Of a DNA stretch of 64,000 bases, positions 1-12,398 are shown in pieces (the stretch's first letter is position 1; each line of letters opens with the position of its first letter). This stretch comes from Kudoa neothunni. Its lineage: Eukaryota; Animalia; Cnidaria. The notes below the pieces were generated by a model. The model did no database searches. It saw only the letters and a program-made list of their open reading frames with translations, and was not told the origin of the DNA. Made by a program: the position numbers and the translations under genes. The stretch is taken from assembly GCA_964304625.1 (NCBI GenBank), contig OZ199838.1, forward strand, positions 1,251,158 through 1,315,157, read 5' to 3'.

Positions 1-15
1 TCTCATATTAGGTAC

Positions 16-423
16 TCTCATCTCCATCTAGGTAGACGTAAATTGAGGAGATTTCTTCTAGGTCAGGATAGGTATTTACCATGAAAATTGTGTTATGCCA
101 TAACAAATCAACGGTTTGTTTCTATATTTATATAAGCTATTGTTTTTTTAGCAATAAAACCTTTAAATCATAATGTTCATAAGTTGAGTTCAATCTTGAC
201 AACTCAATCAATAGTTGATGAATGGCACTTTCGCTTAATCTATAATCCTAAATGTATTGCATAGTTGATATGTTCAAGATCAACAACACGAAAATATTAT
301 TTCTATCAAGTACCTGTTTTGTGAGCCTAATGCTGATAAAACCTAAATCATTTTTATTGCACTTTTTAACAACTATTCCAAAATACATATAATGAACAAG
401 TAATATATATGCTTAAAATGCAT
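16..423 (-). CDS. Secreted orphan family member 1 (5' part; runs off window start)
   Basis: Exons 423-387, 342-314, 247-161, 121-16, all GT-AG, open frame: MHFKHIYYLFIICFISIRLTKQ|DYRLSESAIHQLLIELSRLNSTYEHYDLK|KQTVDLLWHNTIFMVNTYPDLEEISSIYVYLDGDE. Hydrophobic N-terminus; exon sizes 37/29/87/106 nt are identical to the gene at 25387-26239. Confidence 0.8.
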
Positions 424-2041
424 TTTTTGTCAATATTGAAGTTGGATTACTCACAATTAATTCTTTTGTGTCAACTTATCTACAAATCGGTGATTAAAGT
501 TTATCAAAAATTTTGAACATAAATATCTGTAGATATTTAATTGATATATATTTTCTTGTATTCATCATGCAAACATCCCGCCATTAAGTTGATGATAATA
601 AATATATATTCTACATATAAGATAAAAATCCAAACGATTATATATACATATAAGTTTGAATAAATCAAGAATTATCAAATTCATCCTGAGTAATACATAT
701 AATAGAATTAGCTGAAAAAATAATGAAGTAATTAATTGATTTATTGCATATTTAATATATTAAATCTAAATAATAGTATAGTTATTCAAATTTATCAAAA
801 ATATCAACTAGGATTCAAAATTTAATTTTTGGTTCCTGATTAACATTACGGAATACTAACTACTTAGATAATTTATCAAAATTTTATTAAATCAATTATT
901 TTAAAAATAGAAAGATATAGATATAATCACATTATCTTGATAAGAAAAAACTATTACATTATTCTTACAATATTTGATTATTTTTTTATCACTAATAACG
1001 TAGTTAAATACGAATTAATAAATAGTTTCGAGTGATAAAAATCAACGAATATTATATCAAACTAAAAGCATTAATTAAGATAAAAATTTATGATGTACAA
1101 AAATTAAAAATTGCTCATCAACAAATTGTGTTAATATTTTTTTATTCTAATGAAACATAAAAAATAAAATTCGTGTCATGTTTAATTTCATGATAAATTA
1201 GATTGGTGAAAAGATTGATTGTCAAAAAAAAATATTAAACGTAAAAAGGAAATTTAGAATAATACTAAAACGTCTTCATATAAAATTAAACATATAACTA
1301 GGAAAGCATACAACTAAAAGAAATCGTTGAGTATGCCCAAATCTGATTTAAAAACCGAAATAAAATATTTTTTCTATAATTGTCATATTAATTTTTTCAT
1401 TACGTTTCCTGAACAATATCAACTAGGCTCATGCATTCGTCAGCATAAATATTTTTCGCGTGCTATATAAATAAAGTTATTTTATGATACAGGTAACAAG
1501 AATACAATACTTTATTTAAATTATCATTAATAATAAAAATTATTACGTTATATTTATTTAAAAAATTATTACTAACGTAATTAATTATGTTAAATTTATT
1601 AATACTTGTTAAAAATTTATGTTCATTATTCCCTCGATCAACGTTGATACAATTTAAAATATAAGTTTCTTAAGACCCAATTAAATATTTCCAGGTTAAG
1701 CCAAAAAATTTGTGTTGCCTAACTCTTAGATCTAATGGAATGAATTTAATTTCCGGATTTCAGTTTAAATAGATCTTATTGTTATAATTAAATATATTTA
1801 AAATAATACCATAGAGCTAAGTTTAGTAAAATTAATTAAATATTTTCAAAAAATATTATTTAAATTGGAGATATATGCTTTCAGCAATTTCTAAATCAAT
1901 TTTTATTCAGACTCAAGAAAACAATAATATATTCGGATTTTACTATTATTTAAAAAATATAATCTTAATTTTACTTGAAGCAAAATGTAAATACAATTAT
2001 CAAATTGGTTTAAAATGATTCATTAAGAAACATTACATAAT

Positions 2042-2959
2042 CTAAGGTGATTCATAATCAAGAATTATTCGTTTTGGCTTTGTATCTCCAAACAAATTTT
2101 CGATCGTGTTTATATTCTCTCGATTATCATTGGTGAACTTTCTTGATCGCCTCCCTAAAATAAACCGATCAAATATATATATACTATGATAAAAGTATTG
2201 AGAAAATTTTATCTGACTGAATTATCAAGGTCATTTGGTACCTAAAGGTGGTAGTCTAGACGATGATTTAGAAAGGCTAACATCATTGCATTCAGTTTTG
2301 GAATCATTGAAACACGATTCTGTACGCTTTGAAAATCTTTTATATAATATGAAAGTGAGCCCTAGTTACCTCAGGCAATGGATATCTTTTTTCGGTAAAA
2401 TAACAATAAATATAGTTGTATGCCTAAATGGGATGATGTAACAACACAATTAAGTATCTCTTAACTCTGCATGCTAATTGACTCAACAAACAAGGCTTAA
2501 ATTTGGTAACTATACATTTATGTTGAATCAACATAAGATAAATCGAATACTTCGGTTTCCTTCTTGTTTGGAATAGAATGTGGTAAGTGTATATTGGTTT
2601 GGATAATTCCTAGGCAACATAATGACATCTTTACATAATATGTCGATCAGTTTAAGCTTAAAATGTATTAGGATGAAACAATTAACTAACGGTCGCTAAA
2701 CATACGCGAGCGTCACAACCGGCGTAACGACGCCTAAGCTTCATCAACTCACCCCTCAACTGATCTGCAGCTTCTACACTTAATGTGTACTAAAAATAAT
2801 TAATAATGTTATTTTATTTAGAATGAATAATTCACATAATATTTGAAAATAGAAATGGTGTTGTAAAAAAATTTAGCAACGAATAAAACATATTACCGTA
2901 TGTGAGGTTTCCAAAAAAACAAAAATACCAACTAAGCCGAAGGTTAATGCAAAACTCAT
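2042..2959 (-). CDS. Secreted orphan family member 2 (~182 aa, 7 exons)
   Basis: Exons 2959-2897, 2789-2706, 2656-2551, 2509-2466, 2423-2370, 2326-2242, 2154-2042, all GT-AG, no stops: MSFALTFGLVGIFVFLETSHT|YTLSVEAADQLRGELMKLRRRYAGCDAR|LKLIDILCKDVIMLPRNYPNQYTLTTFYSKQEGNR|ITKFKPCLLSQLACR|AYNYIYCYFTEKRYPLPE|RTESCFNDSKTECNDVSLSKSSSRLPPL|GRRSRKF...DYESP*. Synonymous differences versus the copy at 14670 and exon-phase match to paralogues support the frame. Confidence 0.8.
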
Positions 2960-3497
2960 TCCAAAACTGTAAATAGAATCTAAGATCATAGTCGCTGATT
3001 ATATAATGTATTATCGAATCATCAGTTCCCTCCATAAAGATATAATTTGATAAATTCAAAAGGATTCAATGGAACTTTCGTTATTTATGATATATCTATC
3101 AGTTTTTCTACTCCTAAATTAATATGAAAAAGGATTCGTAATACCATAGATGATATCATGTAAAATAAACGAATAAAATTTCCATTATTTCAAATGTTAA
3201 TTTCGGCTATCATAATATGCTTCAAATATATTCCAAGTGTAAAATTTTTGAATTATTATAATTTGATATATTTTTCAATCAATATTATTATACATAACAA
3301 ATGAATATTATGATTAAGATAACTAGTATTTGATATGGCAAATTTATAGTTGGTATTAATTATTTAAATCTGCGCCGAAGATAATCATAAAATATATTAA
3401 TAAAAAGAATTACTTCAAGCTTATATAAACAATTTATTAAGGCACTGGTTATTGATAAATGATATGGTAAATTTGACATGGTCACAACTCACAGAAA

Positions 3498-6400
3498 CAG
3501 GCACGTGCCGTCAGGGTAGGCAGTGCCTACCTTGTTGAATAAAATTTGGGGAAAAATTAATTTTTTAAAGATAAAATTCCTTTTATCTCAAAACTACAAT
3601 AATTATTTAAATATTCATATAAAACTAGAAAAAAAATTAGAGGTATTAATAACAAGATAGGCACCAGTCGACTCTGCCTTCTAATCGCTACATGAATTCC
3701 ACGTAAAATTTCGTGATTGGCACGCGCTGTATCACTCTGCGCTTCATTTCGATTTTCATGGCCGACCGTAAGCAGTATAAATTCTGCCTACGATCTAACC
3801 ACATGATCTGCTTTAAATATTCCAGTTGTGCGTGCATTATTTATTCAAATAAATTGTTTCTTCAATTGTTTCTTAATTTTAATTAAAGGAAATCTTTGAA
3901 ATGAGATAATCTATATGACAACTATACTGGGAATATAACCTGAAGTTAATACTGATTATTGTTTTACTTGTCACAAGGGCGCGTACCCCTGTTAATCTTA
4001 CTTCATCTCTTCAAATATGGATGTCGGATATCTTAAAAAGTTTTCAAAACTTTCTAATGAAGATAAATTACAAATTATAAGTAATGGTAGAACGACTTCT
4101 GATCTTAAAGAACTTAAACAACTAAAAGGGAAGACATTTATCAGGACGTCTAATACTTCGTGGTATGAGAAAAAAAGAGGGGTTATATGGGTGTGCTACG
4201 TCAATAAGGCTTATTTGCTTCCCACGTTTGCCTTCTTCAGTGACTAGTGAAAGTGTGTGGATCAAAGAAGGATATTTCGACTTGAATAATTTGCAAATCG
4301 TTTAAATAAACATGAACGATTCGCTGCACATTATCAAAGTCAAGTTTCATGGAAAACATTTAGATCTGTACGAGTAGATTTGCTCGTTGATAAATAGAAA
4401 AATATTTCGATTGAACTTCACAATAAAAATATTAAGGATAACAGAGAGATATTGAAAACATTGATCTGTGCGGTTTTCTTTTTGATCAAACAAGAACTTG
4501 CTTTTCACGGTGATCATAAACACAAACTATCTTTAAATCGTGGTAATTATTAGAAGTTGTTGAATTATACCTCAAAATTCGACGAAACATTATCATATCA
4601 CTAACAAAATTCATCAGTCTTTTCTGGTATTTCCAACAGGATTCAAAACGATCTGATTGAGGCTGTAGAGATGGTTTTGGAGAATAATATTAAAGAGGAA
4701 TTAGCACAGGCTCCTTTCGTTGCGATAGAAGTGGATGAGACCACCGATATCTCTTGCACATCTCAATGTTCGACAATATTGAGATAGGTATTGCGATCGA
4801 AAATTACGGATGTTTTCATTGGGTTTGATATTCTTTGTGACAGAACAGCGGATGATGTAACGGAATGTGTATTTAAAAACATATATAAATAAAACCTTGA
4901 AGAGAAATTAATCTCACAAACGTATGATGGGGCGATAGTTATGGCCTCCCACTTAAATGGAGTTCAGTCGAAAGTTAGACAAAAGATATCGACCGCGCTG
5001 TTTACTCATTGTTATGTCCGCCCGTAAGTTAAATACTGTGTTGTCACAATCGGCCAAATTTATCTCTGATTGTACGAGCTTTTTCAAGACAAATGAAGCA
5101 CTTTCCTCTTTTTTCAAAAATTCAACTAAACAGGTCCAATTTCATGATAAGATTGTGCGGAGACGCTTTCCAACAGCAGCGGCAACGAGATGGAATTCAA
5201 ATTCAAAGTTTGTGCAGATGATATTAGAGTATCACGGTGATCTTTGCAAACTTTTCTACAATGTGAACAGCAATCCCTCATTATGGGATTCAGACACTTT
5301 ACTTTGAAGTAATGGACATTACAATTAGCTAAAAAACGGCTCAACATACTTTTTACTGATGATATATAATGAAATTTTCGTGTTAACTGACGCGCTCTTC
5401 AATATATTGCAGACGAAAATGATAGAAATTGTGTATTGTATTGAAACAATCAATGTTACAATAACAAAACTTGATGATGTGCACACAAAATTTGAATTAT
5501 TGTATCATAATTTCGAAAAATATTGCCAAGAAAGTAACTTAATTAGATCCATCCTTCGCCCTCAATGTGACACAAAAAATGAAAGAGCGAGATTATTTGG
5601 TGCAATAGTCAGTGATATAGTAAGGAATCTGAGAACGAGATTTAATGATGTCGAAAATCTCAAGTTTATTTCATTGATTAATGGAAATAACTTGGATAAT
5701 TTATCATGCCAAGTTGACACGAGGACGCTTGAACGTCTGCAAAGGAATTATGGAAAATGTTTTGACATTTTAAGACTAAAAGCTGATTTGGCCGTAATTT
5801 ATAATGCTCATGTATTCATTGAAAAGTCCTCCACAAAATTGCTCGATTTTGTCTTCCAAAATCAACTGGACCAAACATTTCCTGAAATTGTTAAATTGTT
5901 ACAATTAATTTTAACGATTCCTGCAGCAACCATTTCTGTGGAAAGGTCGTTTTCTGCATTGAAACGAATTAAAAGCTACACAAGAAACAGGGTGGCAAAC
6001 CAACGGCTTTCTTCCCTTGCATTAATATCGATTGAAAAAGAAAGACTTAACAGGATGGAACAAGACCCAACTTTCAAATATTTTTATAATTTTAACATAT
6101 ATCAATAATTTATCCGCTTTATTTTGTCCTATCGAGACATTGTTGGTTTGGATTCTAAAATATTGTAAAAGTAATCTCTTTATTAGCTAATTTAGATGTT
6201 TATGTATCATACATAGGGCAGGGTTGCAAATTTAAATTAAGAATGTTTTATGGCGTTAACTAGATATGATTTCCATAATAATTATTAAGAATGAAGTATT
6301 ATTAATTTCATAATATATAAATGGTTAAAATATAAACATTTATCGTTCAATTATTATTGTAGCCTATTTAATTTGATAAAGAGACGTCCACACTCCAAAT

Positions 6401-6734
6401 AAATCGTTGGAATTTAAACTAATTGCGTTCTCACGAATAAGCATTAATTTACTTAAGTAAACATTTCAAAATCCTGAAAAATTCAATATATAATTTTAAT
6501 GTTTTATCTTTAGTCTACAAATACAACCTAAGAATTACAATTCCCGGTAAATAAGTTATTAAAAAATTTATTGAACAATAATTCTTAAACCTTAAATCCA
6601 AATTAATTTTCTTGAAAAATTATTTATAATTTAGATATTTTTTAGTTTCCTATGTGCAGGTATAAATAGTTGAAATTTTCTTGCACCAAGGCAGCGGATG
6701 CCTACCCGGAGAAATTACCCCCGACACGTGCCTG
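3498..6734 (+). mobile_element. hAT DNA transposon (full length, decayed)
   Basis: 13-bp TIRs CAGGCACGTGCCG / CGACACGTGCCTG (1 mismatch); perfect 8-bp TSD CACAGAAA (3490-3497, 6735-6742); empty site CACAGGAA at 16119-16126 in the duplicate. Confidence 0.95.
4017..6108 (+). pseudogene. hAT transposase (ZMYM1/DUF4371-like with hATC dimerisation domain), stops and frameshifts
   Basis: Motifs SNRIQNDLI, VDETTDIS, QTYDGA, TRWNS, LTIPAATISVERSFSALKRIKSYTRN across broken ORFs. Confidence 0.9.
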
Positions 6735-7784
6735 CACAGAAACTCTACTGCGAATGCACGCCAAGCTCTTATAAAAGCTGTTTTAGGTTATTTGGCCTGT
6801 TTATTTCATATTAAGACTGTGCTTACTTTTTATTTGAAAAGGATATTTTGTTTTTTTAATGGGGGATCAAAAACATACAACAATGTTATCATATCCTTCC
6901 TTCCTAATATACAACGTAGTAGTGTACGTGTGTGTGCGCAAATTATATTCTTATACAGAGACTTTTTTAAACTTTTTTCCAACTTCTGATACTTATAAAA
7001 ATGCATTTAGGATTCAAAAAATAAAATAATTATAATATTCCTTAAATTAGTGGTTATTTTAAATGTATACATTTTGAGAGCAGATTAACTAACGCAATAA
7101 TCAGAATATCTATGGTTAATCTATTTATCTAATCAACAATCGGAAACTATTTGTCGATTAATATAGTTTTCATATTCTAAATTTTTCTATTTTTGGTTTT
7201 ATTAATATCTATCCTAATCTACAAAATAGTCATGTCGGTGTGTGTGTGTTTTCATTTATTGTATAGCTTAGTTAGAGTATTTTTCATATGTTAGACGTAA
7301 AGATAAAATTATGGCGTAATAAACGATGGGGGTCTAGAGTCCTATCTATTTTTATGGATCATGAAATCATAAAACTAAATTAAGAATAGTACTAGGTAAT
7401 TAAAATTCGTACGAAAGTGTGGGCGGCACTGTCATCAGGATTACTTACTTTTGTTATTTCGCGTATTCAACTAATTTTTTACACCTAAAACGTAATAATT
7501 AAACATGTTTTATCAATTTTTATGATAACACCAAAATTTAATTATTTACGTAATGTTAAAAAATCTCAAGAAAATTCAGTGTAGGATTAATGAGTAATCC
7601 TAGCATTATATCAACAAATTTTTGATTTGCTAATACTGTGTTAATCAACCTCTCATGAGGCTGCTCAACTTATTTTATCTGTTTGTTTAACTAATTTGAT
7701 TATTACTAAGACAATAACTATTTAATGTAAATATTTTATAAATTTTAGTTAAACTCATTTAAAGATATTATGAACTTTATGTTT

Positions 7785-8425
7785 ACTTGGCATAATTTCT
7801 TGGAAACATATGCTCATGATCATATTTATTATCTCAATTTACATTACGTAGGCGTGTACTGTAAAGTTTGCACATGTTATTTTGCTAAATAATATTAACC
7901 AGACTCCTCATATATTTGTAATATGGTCTCCTGCTTTAAAAATATAATAAAAATTTAAAATTAACTTAAAAATTAATAAAACTTTTAATATAATTTTTTG
8001 GTTTTCTTACCCTAGATAACTAGATAAATAACCAGTTTTGCACCCTATCAAGTAATCAATCTCCTCATACAGAGACTTCTTCGACTATTTGAGTTTCGTA
8101 ATATACTTTAAAAAATACAAAATTAACTAAAAAATAAAACGAGGTTGTCTGCTTTCTTATAAAGTGGTGAATTGGTAGTGTCAACTTTTTGTAAACGGAT
8201 TAGAGCTGATGATAAAGAGATTACTTCATCATGTGATTCGCCATAATGTTCAATGATATGCGTGGATAACTTTAATTTATATTGTTTAAATACAATTGTA
8301 ACTTTAAATTTACACTTTTTACACTTTAACCTAAGTTAACATGCTCTACAACATTCATTCGTGCGCAGGCGGGTTTCGGTGTAAACGAAGATTTGTTGTT
8401 TCAACGGGAGATTAATACGCTAGAA
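7785..8425 (-). pseudogene. Multi-exon host-gene fragment of unknown identity inside the Helitron-like interval
   Basis: Phase-consistent GT-AG exons (LSTHIIEHYGESHDEVISLSSALIRLQKVDTTNSPLYKKADNL|YITKLK*SKKSLYEEIDYLIGCKTGYLSSYLG|RRPYYKYMR...) with in-frame stops. Confidence 0.4.
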
Positions 8426-9188
8426 TAAATTATTTAGATTTCACATTAAATTGAAGATAAAAAGTTTTAAATATTTTTTAAATAAACATAAAATGATGTT
8501 AATACGTTATTATTAAATGCAACAGTGTTAACAAACTTTTAGATTAGTTAGTTCATCGGGGGGTTAGTTGAAGTGATTAATACGCCACATGAGTTGTAAG
8601 AATTTATGATTTCTAAATGAAAATAAAGTGAAGATTATCGGGTGATTTCTGTGTATTTTGATCAACACTTTCGTCCTAAGAATGATAAAATAATTATAAT
8701 TGACTCTTAACCCTTTAAGACCGAATGGAGCCATATGTCATCATGGCGTTGTTTTGGAAATTTCTCGGTGTGTATTAGTGTTTCTGAATAAACATATCTT
8801 ATAAGAGCATTATTAATTGGCATTTTATTGAAAAAAAACAAATTACAGTATTTGTTTTTTTTTTCAATAAAAATGTAAATTAAATCGATTTTTTTTGTAA
8901 AACAAACAGGTAATGTTTGATTGATTGAATCATATTCTTAAAATTATTATATTTTCATTTAAAAAATATATATTGAAAATTATATAGAATTAAAAAATGT
9001 ATATCGCCGTTATTAGTTCGTAAATGTCGAGGTTTACAGTGAATGATTAATTCGTGGTGCCATATGGCACCATTCGGCGCCCACGTTGTTGTGTCGGATT
9101 AACATTATCATGGACTCTGATTTGGTGAATAAGATTAGCGATAATGAGGATACTGTTGAGGAGTTAATATTACTACCTGATGCCGATA

Positions 9189-10521
9189 CAGTATTTCACG
9201 ACCAAGATGCAAACATGGCGCGCGCTAGTTATTTCTTAAGAATTAAGATTCAGATATGCCTGCTGAACCAGGAATTATTAATAAAATAAGAAGAAAATAC
9301 GAAATTGTTAATAAGAAAGATAGGGAAAAGATTTTCCAACAACTCCAAGTATTCTTATTTTGGTATAATTTCGAAAGCCACTCAGAATGGGAAGACCAAC
9401 CGTCAAATTACTGAGTCTCTGGGCATTCATAAATCTACGATAAGTAGAATTGTCAAAAAGATAAATGAAACAGGGTCAGAAGAAAGATTAACAACAGGTG
9501 GAGATCGCCGTTCATTATTGAACGCTGATCAAAAACAACCTATTATAAATGAGGTGGATAACAATTGTACGCTATCCCTTGAACAATTATCCGAAAAGGT
9601 CTTTGAGAAATACTCCATTCGGGTTTCTCTACAAACCTTCTTCAGGGTTCTGAATGAATTCCACTATACTCTGAAAAAATATCATTAGGGCCAGTGGACC
9701 GGAATTCCCTTAGAACTATTTCATTAAGATACGAGTATAAAATTAATTTATATAATTGGCTTAAGATTTTCTTAGTTTGTTGAACGAATATATCCGTCTG
9801 GAACCAGAATATTCTGAAATTCTCTTTATTGACGAATCTTGGTTTTCTCTGGCAACTCGACGTTCTTAAGGCAGATCACTTACAGGAACTAGAGCAAATT
9901 TAAAAGTGAAATCCATTAGATCCCAAAACATTACTCTAATAGCAGGCATAAGCAGTAAAAAAATTTGGGGATTTAAAATTCAAACAGGCGGTGTAAACCA
10001 AATTGTTTTGTCCTCATTTTTAAAGGATCTTTTCGAAAATTTGGAAGCAAATTCAATAGAAAAAGCCATTTTAATAATGGATAATGTTGCATTCCACAAA
10101 ACCGAAAGTGTAAAAGCATTGATTGAAAACAGCCCCCACAAATTATTGCTGTTACCACCCTATTCGCGATTCCTTAATCCGATTGAGAGAGTATTTGGGC
10201 AACTTAAATCCATTGTGAAATGGATGGGACTCAAAAACACATTCAGAGCTGCTCGAAATGTATTGGAAAAAGCCCAGATGAAATAACAGAAATGAACTGT
10301 GCGAATTATGTAAAGCATTCAAAATCTTATTTCTCGGCCTCCTTGCACAAAGAAAAAATTAACAATTAGAAATCAAAAATATATATAATTAGAATTTATA
10401 ACATCTGTTATTTCAATTTCAGCGTTACACAGCTTTGTTTAAAGTTTAATTGACATTTTTAAAAGAAAGATTAACATTTAATAGATATGCGCCATTTTTG
10501 CATCTTGGTCGTGAAATACTG
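9189..10521 (+). mobile_element. Tc1/IS630-like transposon nested in piggyBac; transposase disrupted
   Basis: 33-bp TIRs CAGTATTTCACGACCAAGATGCAAA(C/A)ATGGCGC, TA TSD; HTH ORF 9305-9688 and DDE ORF 9906-10286 (MDNVAFHK, LPPYSRFLNPIE). Confidence 0.95.
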
Positions 10522-10720
10522 TATATCTGACAATAAAATGGAAAATTTGAAACTCGATATTCTCCCGGATACTAGTTTTGACACGTAGGATCATAACAAC
10601 CATCAATCACGATTTATAAAAAACTCATTAGACATGGTAGAGTAAAACGTCCTCATAAATAAGAAACTCAAGAAAGAGAATATTTTTGATCCTTATTCAT
10701 ATTTCAATATGTTCTTTTCC

Positions 10721-12398
10721 GACACATTATTTGAATTAATTTGTAAAGAAACTAATAAGTATTCCATAGAAAAAAATTTGTCATTTCGAACTACCGTAAA
10801 CGCACCTTACGATTTTTCGCCGGTACCGAAATGTCTGACATATCTGTGATTTTATCAAAAAGGAATAAAGAAATGATTATATGCAATGATTTTATATATA
10901 ATTTTGACTCAAGAACAAAAAAGGGACTTAGTTGGAGATGTCGTAACCGAGGATGTTGCGGTAGAATATATACATGTATTGAGAAAAAAAACGTGATTGA
11001 TGAGATTGGTCACACTCACGAAAATCATAAAAATGAGATTACCAATTTAAAAATTCGCGAAAAGATCAGACATCAAGCAATTACTACTCCATTACCACCT
11101 TCTGATATCATCATCAAGGCCTTCGAAAATGAAAGCCTGGATGAGATTAACATTATCAACAAATACGAAAGTATCTCCGATTCAATAACTAAAATTAGGC
11201 GGCAAGTGGGTATTAAGCCTATCTCTAAATATGTCGATATTCCAGAAAATTTAAATAAAACACTTTGTGGTCAGCAGTTATTGCATTTCGATAGTGGTGT
11301 TGGTTCTACTGATAGAATCATAATATTTTACCAGTCTAAAATAATCGAATTTTTGAATAAATCTTTGGTATAGTATGGTGATGGTACTTTTTGGATTGTG
11401 CCCCGAGACTTGTACCAACGTTTTACATTACACACTCAAATAGGAGCACATGTATCACCCATAGTTTTTTGCTTGATGCAAAACAAAAAATATGAAACAT
11501 ATTCTACTTTTTACAAAATGATTTATGATAAAGTTGGTCCCTATGAACCCAAATATTTTTTCTGTAATTTCAAAGTAGCAATTAGGAAATCGTTTAATGA
11601 GGTTTTTAAGAAAACTGAAATTAAACACTGCCATTTCCACTTTGCCAAACAATATGGAGAAAAATACAAAATGTAGACCTGACAAGTCATTATAAGCAAC
11701 CGAAGATCCCAAAATCCTACACAAAATCAATAATATTATTATGTTACGTTCCAGAATGTGATGTCATCAGGATGTACGAACTCTTAAAGGATACATTCAA
11801 GAATAAACTATGTGGTATTAAATTGATGAATTCGAAAAATTTTTAGAAAAGGAGTATATTTATAAAAAAATTAATACAAGCACTGGATTGGTATCATACG
11901 CGAAATTTTGGTCTGTATATGGCCCTGTTCTTGGGGGGGGGGTATGGTTCCACAAATAATGCACTAGAAGCTTGGCACGGTTCTCTGAAAAGAAAGACTC
12001 ACTCAGCGCATCCTAATCTAGGGAAATTCATAACGATATTACAAAAAGAAGTGAGAAAAACGCAAATAAAAACAAATAATCCAAGAAATATCACAAATTT
12101 ATCCACTAGAAAATGTCTAATAAGCGAAATTGTTAGAAATTACAACTTATATGATGGGCTTTCATATCTTGAAAGTTTAAGCATGTATTTTGGATTTAAT
12201 TTTGACCAGTAAATATCAATTTAATATTGATACTTTTTTTAAAACTATTATTATCTCCTATTACAGTCTATTTTTTGTGACACGCATGCACACTTTTCCC
12301 GGCGAAAAAAACGGATAGACAAATTATTTGAATCAATTTTTAAAGAAACTAATAAGTATTCCATAGAAAAAATTTGTCGTTTCGAACTACCGTAAACG
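10721..12398 (+). repeat. ~80-bp direct repeat of piggyBac ORF sequence flanking the MULE (10721-10802 and 12318-12398)
   Basis: gacacattatttgaattaatttgtaaagaaactaataag...ctaccgtaaacg occurs on both sides with about 5 differences. Confidence 0.92.
10803..12317 (+). mobile_element. MULE/Mutator-like element (FLYWCH + MULE transposase, disrupted) nested in piggyBac
   Basis: WRCRNRGCCG..HTH FLYWCH finger, DGTF, CHFHF and TNNALEAWH motifs; short inverted ends TTTTTCGCCGG (10813-10823) / CCGGCGAAAAA (12299-12309). Confidence 0.88.

Larger units (their letters stand above)
1468..6893. repeat. Segmental duplication copy A (~2.2 kb of shared sequence, interrupted by hAT 3498-6734)
   Basis: Direct repeat of 14097-16277, near-identical over long tracts. 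Confidence 0.95.

Noticed and set aside
2235-2441. Plus-strand 68-aa ORF and its twin at 14865-15071
   Set aside because: Antisense shadows of the spliced minus-strand genes; they begin at TTG rather than ATG.
2610-2626. Possible 17-nt ultra-short intron
   Set aside because: Paralogue alignment shows this lies inside a conserved 106-nt exon.
6681-6989. 102-aa ORF
   Set aside because: Spans the hAT TIR and two repeat junctions; chance ORF.
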